A program made the translations under genes and the position numbers. From an uncultured Chloroflexia bacterium (GTDB lineage: Bacteria > Chloroflexota > Anaerolineae > Caldilineales > Caldilineaceae), in contig CAWIVN010000030.1 of NCBI GenBank assembly GCA_963839515.1, positions 32,040 to 96,039 on the forward strand: DNA of 64,000 nt. Direction: 5' to 3'. The notes under the pieces are model-generated. The model had not been told where the DNA came from and did no database searches. It worked only from the letters and a program-made list of their open reading frames with translations. The stretch's first letter is position 1. Each line of letters opens with the position of its first letter. Below are positions 10,599-21,490 of this stretch, one piece after another.

Positions 10599-12239
10599 AT
10601 GCGGCCAGTAACTCGTGGCAAACGCCGCATCCTGACAATGATGACCATGTCCGCCGCCGTCATAGTGACGGCGACGCTGTTACTGACGCTGCGCGCAGTA
10701 GCCGCCAACATGGTAGTCAGCCCACTGGGCAGCACGGCAAGCACAGTATATTCCCCCCCTGATACCTATCGGCTGCAAGATACCGGCAGAGGCATTTTGC
10801 GCGACAGCATAGGATTTAACAGTTCGGATCGCCAAGACAACAAGAACAAGGTGACCGGCATCGTGGTGTTGTCTCCCACAAGTGGTTTCTCAGGCACATG
10901 GCAGATTCTTGAGGCCGGTCAGATTGTGACTGTGGTCGTGACGGCGGAGACTACCGTCAAGGATTTCAACGACGTGCGTCCGGAGCTCGGTGACTGGGTG
11001 GAAGCGAAGGGGCGCCCGCAAGCAGACGGCACGCTACTGGCGCGCAAGTTTCGCCCGAACAGATATGAGTCTGCGGAGGTCGTGGCGCGTCTGGCGGTCA
11101 CGGCCGTGCTCACGGATGTGCTAAACCAGTACCAGGCGGTCCAGTTGACGCCGATCCAGTCGTTGTTGTCCTCGGCCAGCATCTATCGCTTTGCCATCGG
11201 CGAAGATTATGACGAAATTTCGGTGACCACGGCGATGGAAAAAGATACGGCCAACTTCGTTTGGGCCGAGGTGAACTTCGTAAGCGAGGTGCCGTCCGGC
11301 AATCCATATCGCACCTGGAAGTGGGGCAGCGACGATCCCACGGGCTACATCAGCCAAAATGCGTTTACGCAGGTCAATCTATTGGAGGCTCAAGGGTTGT
11401 ATTCCGGCATTGGAGTAACGGTAGCCGTGCTGGATACCGGTATTGATGCCAATCATCCCGTGTTTGCCGGCCATCTCTTGGCCGGCCGTGACCTGGTTAA
11501 CGACGACGACGTGCCGCAAGATGGACCAGAGGCGGGCGAGCCAGGCGGCGATGCGCAAGGCCACGGCACGCATGTCAGTGGCGTGATCGCACACATTGCG
11601 CCCGACAGCATGATCCTGCCCATACGCATTCTTGACGTCGATGGGCGCGGCAATACCTTTGTTCTAGCTTATGCCGTCGATTGGGCGGTGGCGAACGGCG
11701 CCGGCGTAATCAACATGAGCCTGGGGTCGGACTCCGACTCGCACGTACTGGGCGAATCGATACAGCGTGCGCAGAGCCAGGGTGCGGTCATTGTAGCGGC
11801 GGCCGGCAACGACAACGCCGAAACGCCGAAGTACCCGGCAGCATATCCTGGCGTGCTTGGGGTTACCGCCGTAGACGATGCCAAGCACAAGGCAGAATTC
11901 GCCAACTATGGCACCGGGTGGGTCGATCTGGCTGCACCTGGGGTGGGCATTACTTCGACGGTGCCCGTCTCAGGTTCGATCCTGTATGGCACGTGGAGCG
12001 GCACGTCGATGGCCACCCCATTTGCAGCCGGAGCCGCCGCCCTGGTGCGGCAGTCCCTGCCCGACGCCAGGTCATCGGAAATTGCCGATATTTTGGTTCA
12101 ATCGGGGAGCGACCTGGATCCCGACAATCCGGGTTACACCGGAAAGCTGGGGCGCCTGCTGGATATCGGCGCCGCCTTGCCGGACACGCTGCCGCAGAAA
12201 CCCATCAAGTTGTTCTTGCCCTCCGTGATTGGCGGGTAG
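10599..12239 (+). CDS. Subtilisin-like S8 serine peptidase with N-terminal signal anchor, beta-module and I9-type propeptide
   Basis: Catalytic triad motifs AVLDTGID (Asp), HGTHVSGVIA (His), GTSMATPFAAGAAAL (Ser). Hydrophobic N-terminal anchor. Strong RBS GGAGGA 6 nt before the ATG. Confidence 0.85.
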   Translation: MRPVTRGKRRILTMMTMSAAVIVTATLLLTLRAVAANMVVSPLGSTASTVYSPPDTYRLQDTGRGILRDSIGFNSSDRQDNKNKVTGIVVLSPTSGFSGTWQILEAGQIVTVVVTAETTVKDFNDVRPELGDWVEAKGRPQADGTLLARKFRPNRYESAEVVARLAVTAVLTDVLNQYQAVQLTPIQSLLSSASIYRFAIGEDYDEISVTTAMEKDTANFVWAEVNFVSEVPSGNPYRTWKWGSDDPTGYISQNAFTQVNLLEAQGLYSGIGVTVAVLDTGIDANHPVFAGHLLAGRDLVNDDDVPQDGPEAGEPGGDAQGHGTHVSGVIAHIAPDSMILPIRILDVDGRGNTFVLAYAVDWAVANGAGVINMSLGSDSDSHVLGESIQRAQSQGAVIVAAAGNDNAETPKYPAAYPGVLGVTAVDDAKHKAEFANYGTGWVDLAAPGVGITSTVPVSGSILYGTWSGTSMATPFAAGAAALVRQSLPDARSSEIADILVQSGSDLDPDNPGYTGKLGRLLDIGAALPDTLPQKPIKLFLPSVIGG

Positions 12240-12259
12240 CAGCGCTCGTTTCGGCCACT

Positions 12260-12476
12260 TGGCCGGTCTATTGCACCAAGCCAAGCAGCCATTTGTCGAA
12301 TTCAACGAAATCTCGTATGCTTCCAGTGTCACCTTTTGTACGGGCCGAAACGGAACAAAAATATGGCGTGTTTCGTCCCGGCAGACCGTACAGCGTGAGT
12401 CTGCCCCTGAGCAATCGCGACCCATACTATTCTCTATGTAGTGATGGGTGATTCGAGTTGAAACAGGAGAAACACT
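12260..12476 (+). pseudogene. Decayed remnant of the 3' end of the TPR-CHAT gene plus the duplicated RBS region (product of a tandem segmental duplication)
   Basis: Blocks GAAATCTCGTATGCTTCCAGTG (12306-12327 vs 9953-9974), ACCGTACAGCGT (12376-12387 vs 10503-10514), CCCATACTATT, and GTGATGGGTGATTCGAGTTGAAACAGGAGAAACACTATGC (vs 10560-10601) are homologous to the end of the CHAT gene and the S8 leader. Confidence 0.6.
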
Positions 12477-14478
12477 ATGCAGCCGGCAGCACATGAAAAG
12501 CGTAGAACCCTGGCGATAGTAATTCTGTCCTCCACTATTTTGGCCGTGACGCTCCTTTTGACGCTGCGCGGGACTGCCGCCTATGCTTGGTCTAGCCATC
12601 CATCCAACGCGCCTGCGGCAGTGGATTCCGCGCCCAGTGCCAGCGGGGCGTTCGGCGCCGGCGAAGCGGTTCTACGCGATTCCAGGCAACAAGATGCCGC
12701 TGCAAAGAACAACAGACCGGTAGTCGGCATCGTGCTGAGTGGCCCGACTACGGGTTTTGCCGGCACCTGGCGAATACTTGACTCCGGCACAGTCGTGACG
12801 CTCACCGTTAACTCTGCCACAAATGTCAAGGCCTTTAACAGTGTGCCGCCGAAAAGAAACACTTGGGTGGAAGCCAGGGTCACACAGCAGGCTGATGGTT
12901 CGTTGCTGGTGCGCAAATTTCGCGCCAACAAGTTCCAGCCAGGTGAGGTCGTGGCCCGGCTGACTTCAACGGCGGTGCTCAGCGAGGTGTTGACAAAGTA
13001 CCAAAAATACCAGCTGATGCCATTGGAATCTTTGCTTTCGTCAGTGAGAATATATCGTTTTGCGATTGGCCTGGATCAAGATGAAGCAACAGTAGTCGGT
13101 GCAATGAAGGCGGATTCTGCCAACTTTATATGGGTAGAAGTCAACTTCGTCAGTGAAATCCCGACCGGCCCGCTTGCCAACCCGTATCGTACATGGAAAT
13201 GGGGCAGCAGCGACGAGACAGGTTATGTCAACCAGAATGCCCTGCAACAAATAGATCTCCTGCCGGTACAGGGCGTCTACTCGGGAACCGACGTGATCGT
13301 GGCCATCTTAGATACTGGTATTGACGCCACGCACCCCGTGTTCGCCGGGCGCGTACTGCCTGGAATCGATCTGGTCAACGGCATCATCTCTCCGACCAGC
13401 GACATCATCTCTTCGACCAGCGACATCATCTCTTCGACCAGCGGCATCCCCACTGACCAAGTGCCGCAGGATGGCCCAGAGCCGGGCCAGCCAAGTGGAG
13501 TTCGCACAGGGCCACGGTACGCACATCAGCGGCATCGTGTCGCTCGTTGCGCCCGAGAGCAAGATCCTGCCGGTGCGCGTCCTCGATGTCGACGGCCGTG
13601 GCGACATGTTTGCGCTGGCTCAGGCTATTGTCTGGGCCGTCGACCATGGCGGCGCTTCCGTAATCAACATGAGTCTGGGCACGGAGGATGATGCCGGCAT
13701 TCTGAAAGAGATCATTGCATACGCCCAAAGCAGAGGCGTTCTCATCGTAGCGGCAGCCGGCAACGACAACGTGGATAAGCCCCAATATCCTGCTGACTTC
13801 CCGGGCGTGCTCGGGGTTACCGCTGTGGACGACGCCGGGCAGAAGGCGGACTTCGCCAACTATGGCAGCGAGTGGGTTGATTTGGCGGCGCCGGGTGTGG
13901 CGATCACCTCCACCGTGCCGGTATCCGGTTCCGTCTACTATGCCACATGGAGCGGAACGTCGATGGCCGTGCCCTTCGTATCCGGAGCCGCCGCGCTTGT
14001 GCGCCAGGCTTCGCCTGATGCTCAACCGGCTGAGGTCAGTAACCGGCTGGTCCAGACAGGCCGCAATCTGGACGCCTTGAACCCAGGCTATGTAGGAAAG
14101 CTAGGGCGCCTGCTTGACGTAGATGCTGCCGTGCTGAATATAGTGCCGACAACTTCTGTACCGACGCTCGAACCGACGCTCGAGTCAACACCACTACCGA
14201 CTACTACTGTGGCGGTGACACCCGTCAATTCTGATGTGCAGACGGTCACGCCTGTGCCGCCAACACCTGTACCACCCACACCGACGTTCACGCCTACCCC
14301 CATGTTGGTGGTAACGCCCGCACCACCGACGACACGGGAGCCAACGCCGACAGTGCTGCCGCAAACGCTAACGCCAATGGTATTGCCGCAACCGACACAG
14401 CTGCCGGAACCGCCGCCGCCAGGTCCGTTGCCGGATGCTCCGCCTAGACTTTTCCTGCCACTGCTGTCCGGCGGTTAG
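12477..14478 (+). pseudogene. Second S8 subtilase paralog, split by a frameshift near 13485-13500 (two ORFs 12477-13691 and 13321-14478); Pro/Thr-rich C-terminal tail
   Basis: Frame 0 carries the signal anchor, propeptide and AILDTGIDATHPVF (Asp). The reading frame shifts by one nucleotide position; the downstream frame carries GHGTHISGIV (His) and GTSMAVPFVSGAAAL (Ser). The junction is DGPEPGQPSGVRTG / SQVEFAQGHGTH. Confidence 0.7.
13383..13445 (+). repeat. Perfect or near-perfect 21-bp tandem repeat x3 (ATCATCTCT(C/T)CGACCAGCG(A/G)C) inside the S8 paralog, encoding (I)ISxTSD x3
   Basis: Read directly from the sequence. It is inserted at the position corresponding to NDDDVPQDGPE of the first subtilase. 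Confidence 0.85.
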
Positions 14479-14745
14479 TCCGGACTACACTCATGTGTCC
14501 CTGGGATCTGCGAGATCCTGGGGACATTTTTTTGCTGCGGGTGCCGTTGATTGGCGTACGCCCCATGTCCGGCAGCCATATGCCGTCTGTACGTACACAA
14601 GCCGTACTCCGAACGCCGCAGTTGTGTGGACGTTTTTTGTATTTTCCAAGCATGTGTCGATCTCTTGTGAGTCAGCCGTGCAAATCTGGCCAGTGCGATG
14701 CCGTTCGATTGCACGCGATATCACACAAATCCAAGGAGGATTACG

Positions 14746-16197
14746 ATGGTTAAAGAAGCGAACACGAAACGTTGGTGGCGACTGTCGCTGACCGTGCTGT
14801 TTGCCGGCATCTTGCTGCCCCTGTTCGGTATGACGGCCCATGCCGGCGCAGCCGGTTGGGGTGGCGCCCTGCATGCCGAGACTGTGCTGCCGGGCGCCGA
14901 GCAAGATGACCATGGCGGCAACGGCGGCGGTGATGATAACGGCGGTAACGGAGATGGGCGCGAGTTCAAAGGTATTGTCGAAGCAATGCCCGAAGGTACC
15001 CCAGTCGGCTCGTGGACCATCAGCGGCAGCGTCTACAACGTCACCGAACAGACCGAGATCAAGGAGAAGTACGGCACGATCGGCGAGGGGACATGTGTAG
15101 GCGGCGAATGGTCCGCAGACGAAACCTACGTGCGTGAGCTTCACTCCACGCGCGAACTTGTGTGTAAGCCCGGCAGCGACGACAACGGCGGGAGTGGCGG
15201 CAGCGAAGGGCGCGGCGAACTTTACGCCAAGTTGGACAAATTCCCACCTGAATTGATCGGCAACTGGGTCATCGGCAGCCTTACCTTCAAGGCTGACGCC
15301 AACACCGAGTTCAACGAGAAGAACGGGCCGTTCACGCTGGAGGAGTTCGTCAAGGTAGAGTTTGTGATTTTACAGGACGGCACTTTCCTGGCCAAGGAAA
15401 TCAAGACCGTCGGCGTAGCACATGACGACGATGACGATGGTCCCGGCCACAGCCATGGCCATGACCGTGATGACATCGAGCACCAGGCTGTGGCTTTTGG
15501 CGTCATCGACAGCCTGCCAGCAGAGAGCGGCGAGGGCGTGTGGCAGATCGGTGGGGTCACCTACACCGTAACCATCTCGACCCAGTTAGAAGCGCAGCAC
15601 GGCCTCTTTGAGCAGGACCGCAACGTACGCGTCAAGTACTGGGTGGACGAATTCGGCAATCGCGTGGCCAAGCATATTAAGTCCATGCCGCCGGCGGCCG
15701 GTGGCAACCCGCAAGGCGTGCTCAAGCTGGTAGGCTTTGTCACCGATATGCCGGATGAGGCTGATGGCTTTATCGGCGAGTGGACAGTCGGCAATGTGGT
15801 TCTCGTGGCCGACCAAAGCAGCAAGTTTGACGAAGAGGATGGTATGCTGGCGGTGGACGCCTTCGTGGAAGTCAAATACCGCAAGGACGGCACCACGCTA
15901 CGTATCGTCGAGATGGAAACGCATGTCATGCCGGGTGGCGGCGACGACGACCATATCGGCAAGGTCGAGCGCATGGACGACAGCATGGCAGCAGCGGGCG
16001 CAGCAGCAGCAACTGCCACGTGGCGTATCGGCGGGAATGACTATGTGGTAACCGATGCGACGATGGTTGGCAACGTCGCGGCGGGCGACACGGTGCTGGT
16101 TAACAGCTACACTGATGCAAGCGGCGCCCAGGTGGCCACGCGGATTAACGACGTGACGTTGGACAACTTGCTCTTCCTGCCGACGGCTTCGCGTTAA
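14746..16197 (+). CDS. Secreted protein made of about 6 tandem beta-rich modules of roughly 60-70 aa each (DUF5666-like); function unknown
   Basis: Signal peptide after the ATG at 14746 (AAGGAGG RBS 6 nt upstream). Recurrent module, for example WTISGSVYNVTEQTEIKEKYG / WQIGGVTYTVTISTQLEAQHG / WRIGGNDYVVTDATMVGN. Confidence 0.6.
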   Translation: MVKEANTKRWWRLSLTVLFAGILLPLFGMTAHAGAAGWGGALHAETVLPGAEQDDHGGNGGGDDNGGNGDGREFKGIVEAMPEGTPVGSWTISGSVYNVTEQTEIKEKYGTIGEGTCVGGEWSADETYVRELHSTRELVCKPGSDDNGGSGGSEGRGELYAKLDKFPPELIGNWVIGSLTFKADANTEFNEKNGPFTLEEFVKVEFVILQDGTFLAKEIKTVGVAHDDDDDGPGHSHGHDRDDIEHQAVAFGVIDSLPAESGEGVWQIGGVTYTVTISTQLEAQHGLFEQDRNVRVKYWVDEFGNRVAKHIKSMPPAAGGNPQGVLKLVGFVTDMPDEADGFIGEWTVGNVVLVADQSSKFDEEDGMLAVDAFVEVKYRKDGTTLRIVEMETHVMPGGGDDDHIGKVERMDDSMAAAGAAAATATWRIGGNDYVVTDATMVGNVAAGDTVLVNSYTDASGAQVATRINDVTLDNLLFLPTASR

Positions 16198-16436
16198 GCC
16201 GCAGCAAGTCAGCAGAACGTCAACAGCAAGCAGGAATACCCTCGGGCCGTCAATTGGCCCGGGGGTATATTTTTGGAGCACATTTCCTGGAGGCGAAGGC
16301 CTTCTGGCAGCCTGCTTGCGCAGTTTTGTTTGCGTGTTTGTCAGCGCATGCGGTATGCTGTGCGGAACCGCCCGTCGCGCCGCTTGCGCGGCGGGGTGGT
16401 CGAACAACAATCAAATCTTTGCATGGCGAGAGTTGG

Positions 16437-18881
16437 ATGCCCTTGACTGCCTTGTTTGTCTGCGTCATCGCGCTTGCCTTGGCCGGACCGGCCTTGTGGC
16501 TGCTGCGACCCCACCGTGCCCACTGGTTTGCCTGGCTGGCCGCAATTTCCCCCGCGGCCGTCTTTGCCTGGTTAGCCCTACAGATTCCCCTAATATCTGG
16601 GTCTGATGGCGTCGGCCGATCCCTGATCGAGACCTATCCCTGGGTTCCCAGCTTGGGATTGACGCTGTCTTTGCGCCTCGACGGGCTTTCCCTCTTCTTC
16701 GGCCTGATCGTGACGGGCATTGGCGCCTGTATCGCCTTTTATACCAACTACTATTTCGAATACGACGAGCAACAGGGCTATTTCTACCTGCTGCTCTTCT
16801 TCTTTATGGCAAGCATGTTGGGGCTGGTGCTGGCCAATGACTTGCTGCTGCTCTTCATCTTTTGGGAAGGCACGAGCATCAGCTCTTACCTGTTGATTGC
16901 TTTTAAGAGCGGGTACAAGGGTGCAGTGGAAGGGGCACGGCGAGCGCTGATCGTGACGACGGCGGGCGGGCTGGCGATGTTGGGAGGAATGTTGCTGCTG
17001 GGCCAGGCAGCAGGCACCTTCCAGATCGACGAGATCCTGGCCATGCCCCAAATGGCGAGCTTTCCACTCTTCCCTTGGGCCCTGGCACTGCTGATGCTGG
17101 GAGCATTCACCAAGTCGGCCCAGTTCCCATTTCATTTCTGGCTGCCGGGAGCAATGGCCGCGCCCACGCCGGCCAGCGCGTACCTGCATTCGGCCACAAT
17201 GGTCAAGGCGGGTGTTTACCTGCTGGCGCGCCTGCACCCAGCGTTTGCAGTCTCGCCGCTCTGGTTCTGGCCGCTGTTCCTGGTTGGCGGCTTCACCATG
17301 CTGTTGGGGGCCGTGAGTGCCATCCGCTACCGCGACATGAAAGCAATCCTGGCCTATACCACTATCAGCGCATTGGGTACCATGGTGATGCTGCTGGCGT
17401 TCCCTGGCGCTGAGCCTGCCATGGTCGTGGTGGTCACCATTCTGGCGCACGCTTTGTACAAAGCGCCTTTGTTTCTCATGGCCGGCATCGTAGATCATGC
17501 CATGGGTACACGCGATTTGCGCAGCCTGGCAGGGTTGTGGCGGCCACTGCCTTGGGTAGCGGCAGTGGCTATCTTGGCCGGCGTCTCGATGGCCGGTGTT
17601 CCGCCGACATGGGGGTTCCTCGCCAAAGAACTTGCCCTGGACGAGTTCTATCATCTTTGGACACATGGAGGAACTCTGGCCAACGAAGTACAGGTGCAGG
17701 CGTCCACGATTGGCATTGTGGGCTTGGTGGCGGTGCTCGTCATGGCCGTGTTTAGCGGCGGAGCGATCTTCACCATGATTTGGGAGGCGTTCTTGCGCCC
17801 GAACGCTGACGACACGCACGGGGCCCAACTGCACCACGCGCCGTCGTTCTGGTTCGTGCTGCCGGCACTATTGCTGGCCGTGGTCGGGGCAGTGACTGCA
17901 CTCTGGAGCGGAGCATTTCAACCACTGCTGAATGCGGCGGCGGGCTCGATCGCTTACGGTGTGGACGGTACATTGGTGGACAAGACGCTCAAGCTTTGGT
18001 ACGGCTGGACACCGGTTTTCATCATGAGCCTGGTGGTGCTGGCCGTGGCCGTACTGGTCGTGTTTGTGCGCCGTTATGTGCGCGCTGCGCTGGAAAGAAC
18101 GCCGCCCAACCTCAACGGGACGCGCATCTATGATGCCGTTGTCGACGCCATCTACGGCTTTGCCTACCGCCTGACGAAGGTGATTCAAGGCGGTCCGATG
18201 GCGCCGCAGGCAGCAGTCACGTTATTGGCAGGTGTGGCGGTCGTGGTCATCGGCTATTGGCAGACAGATTGGGGCACGCTCATCGCATTCAAGACCACTG
18301 TTCCGCTGCCGATCGAGTTCTTGATCGTGGCGGTGGCCTTGGTGTCGGCGATGGCAACCGTGCGGGCACGCTCGCGGCTGAGCGCAATCATCAGCCTGGG
18401 CGTGGTAGGCATCGCCGTGACGCTCTTCTTCGTATTCTATAGCGCGCCCGACCTGGCGCTGACGCAGCTGCTGATCGAGGTCTTGACCGTCATCCTGCTT
18501 GTGCTGGTCTTCTTCCGCGTCAAGCCGGACCAAATGGCTGCCAACGAGGACGTGCGCCGCAAGGCGGGACGTTGGGTGCTCGCCATCGGTATGGGCATCT
18601 TTGGGGCAGGGCTGGTGCTGGCGAGCTACTTTTATCAGGTCGGGCCCAGCATCAGTCCTTATTTTCTGGCCAACTCGATCCCGATTGGGCAGGGCGGCAA
18701 CGTGGTCAATGTGATCCTCGTAGACATTCGCGGCTATGACACGCTGGGCGAGATTACGGTGCTTGGATTGGCAGCAATCGGCGGGTATGCGGTGTTGCGC
18801 AGCCCGCAGCTGCATGTGCTGCGGCGGAAGTTGAACCGGCGACTGCGGATGGTGGTGGGGCAAGAGAGCGGCAATGATTGA
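16437..18881 (+). CDS. mrpA: Na+/H+ (Mrp) antiporter subunit A, including a C-terminal MrpB-like domain
   Basis: NuoL/MrpA-type membrane protein (WLPGAMAAPTPASAYLHSATMVKAGVYLL). The ORF opens at 16254, but MPLTALF at 16437 is the likely start. Confidence 0.8.
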   Translation: MPLTALFVCVIALALAGPALWLLRPHRAHWFAWLAAISPAAVFAWLALQIPLISGSDGVGRSLIETYPWVPSLGLTLSLRLDGLSLFFGLIVTGIGACIAFYTNYYFEYDEQQGYFYLLLFFFMASMLGLVLANDLLLLFIFWEGTSISSYLLIAFKSGYKGAVEGARRALIVTTAGGLAMLGGMLLLGQAAGTFQIDEILAMPQMASFPLFPWALALLMLGAFTKSAQFPFHFWLPGAMAAPTPASAYLHSATMVKAGVYLLARLHPAFAVSPLWFWPLFLVGGFTMLLGAVSAIRYRDMKAILAYTTISALGTMVMLLAFPGAEPAMVVVVTILAHALYKAPLFLMAGIVDHAMGTRDLRSLAGLWRPLPWVAAVAILAGVSMAGVPPTWGFLAKELALDEFYHLWTHGGTLANEVQVQASTIGIVGLVAVLVMAVFSGGAIFTMIWEAFLRPNADDTHGAQLHHAPSFWFVLPALLLAVVGAVTALWSGAFQPLLNAAAGSIAYGVDGTLVDKTLKLWYGWTPVFIMSLVVLAVAVLVVFVRRYVRAALERTPPNLNGTRIYDAVVDAIYGFAYRLTKVIQGGPMAPQAAVTLLAGVAVVVIGYWQTDWGTLIAFKTTVPLPIEFLIVAVALVSAMATVRARSRLSAIISLGVVGIAVTLFFVFYSAPDLALTQLLIEVLTVILLVLVFFRVKPDQMAANEDVRRKAGRWVLAIGMGIFGAGLVLASYFYQVGPSISPYFLANSIPIGQGGNVVNVILVDIRGYDTLGEITVLGLAAIGGYAVLRSPQLHVLRRKLNRRLRMVVGQESGND

Positions 18882-19383
18882 GATCTACCTGCGATTGGTC
18901 GACTATATTCTGACGCCGGTGCTGATTATGCTGGCGATCTTGCTGTTCTTGCGCGGTCACGACTATCCAGGCGGAGGCTTTATTGCCGGGCTGATGGTGG
19001 CAGCGGCCATCGAGTTGCACATTCTGGCGCGCGGCGCCCCCGATGTGCGCAGGCGTTTAGGCCGCTACCTGCTGCCATTAGCCGGGACGGGGCTGTTGAT
19101 CGCTCTATCGGCGGCGTTGATCGGTCTTTATGCTGGCGGCTTCTTCAAGAGCGTGTGGATCGAGTTCTACTTCCTAGGGATCAAGTTCAAGGTGGGAACA
19201 CCGCAGATGTTCGACTTGGGCGTCATGCTGGTCGTCATCGGGATGGCAATCACGTTCCTGCTCAACCTCAGCGAACGCGGGGACAATGAAACTGAGGAAC
19301 AGGTTGAGGGCCCGGATCAGCCCAGCCTCGAGACGCTTGACCTGCGGGAGCCTGGCACGGCAAGACAGGTGGAGGTTCCATGA
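18874..19383 (+). CDS. mrpB: Mrp antiporter subunit B
   Basis: MnhB-like motif GHDYPGGGFIAGLMVA. Overlaps the mrpA stop. Confidence 0.7.
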   Translation: MIEIYLRLVDYILTPVLIMLAILLFLRGHDYPGGGFIAGLMVAAAIELHILARGAPDVRRRLGRYLLPLAGTGLLIALSAALIGLYAGGFFKSVWIEFYFLGIKFKVGTPQMFDLGVMLVVIGMAITFLLNLSERGDNETEEQVEGPDQPSLETLDLREPGTARQVEVP

Positions 19384-19892
19384 CGGTGCTGATGTTAGCT
19401 GTGCTAGCAGGAGCACTCTTCACGTGCGGGACGTTGCTGATCCTGCAGCGAGGGCAGATTAAGGTTGTATTGGGCCTGGCGCTGTACACCCATGCCGTCA
19501 ACCTGTCATTGTTCAGCACCGGCGAGTCGACACACGGCGCACCGGCAATCATTCCGCACGAGGGTGATCTGGCGCAGATCCTGGCCACAAGGACATTTGC
19601 CGACCCACTGCCGCAGGCGCTAATCCTGACGGCGATCGTGATCAGCTTTGGCGTAACGGCTTTCCTGGTGGTGCTGGTGAGCCGCCGCGACTCATTCACC
19701 GGCGGCGACTTGGCCCCGGGCGAACTGGCAGCGGTGCTGAGTTCGGCAGACCCATTTATGCAGGCGTCAGGTGGAGTTGCGCATCACGAAGCGGCCGACG
19801 ATTACGATATTTTCCAGTACGAGTTCGACGAGGTATACGACCGCCCTGTGGCCGAGGCCGAGGTGGCGCACGAGGAACTGCCAGGTACATAA
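19380..19892 (+). CDS. mrpC: Mrp antiporter subunit C (NuoK-like) with an acidic C-terminal extension
   Basis: N-terminal 110 aa is NuoK/MrpC-like (LGLALYTHAVNLSLFS). It is followed by about 60 extra acidic residues. The ATGA overlap with mrpB indicates coupling. Confidence 0.75.
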   Translation: MTVLMLAVLAGALFTCGTLLILQRGQIKVVLGLALYTHAVNLSLFSTGESTHGAPAIIPHEGDLAQILATRTFADPLPQALILTAIVISFGVTAFLVVLVSRRDSFTGGDLAPGELAAVLSSADPFMQASGGVAHHEAADDYDIFQYEFDEVYDRPVAEAEVAHEELPGT

Positions 19893-19906
19893 GGACTAGA
19901 GGGAGC

Positions 19907-21486
<1,580 letters not shown>

Positions 21487-21490
<4 letters not shown>

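Noticed and set aside
16254-16436. Upstream extension of the mrpA ORF
   Set aside because: Hydrophobic MrpA homology begins at MPLTALF (16437); the upstream region is Arg/Ala-rich and looks non-coding.
16590-17837. 415-aa minus-strand ORF opposite mrpA; similar long antisense ORFs at 19802-20638, 23881-24546, 25938-26711, 34650-35471, 36537-37163, 52486-53151, 57162-58040 and 61212-61937
   Set aside because: All lie antisense to well-supported genes and encode low-complexity Arg/His/Gln-rich sequences; this is a GC-skewed codon artefact.
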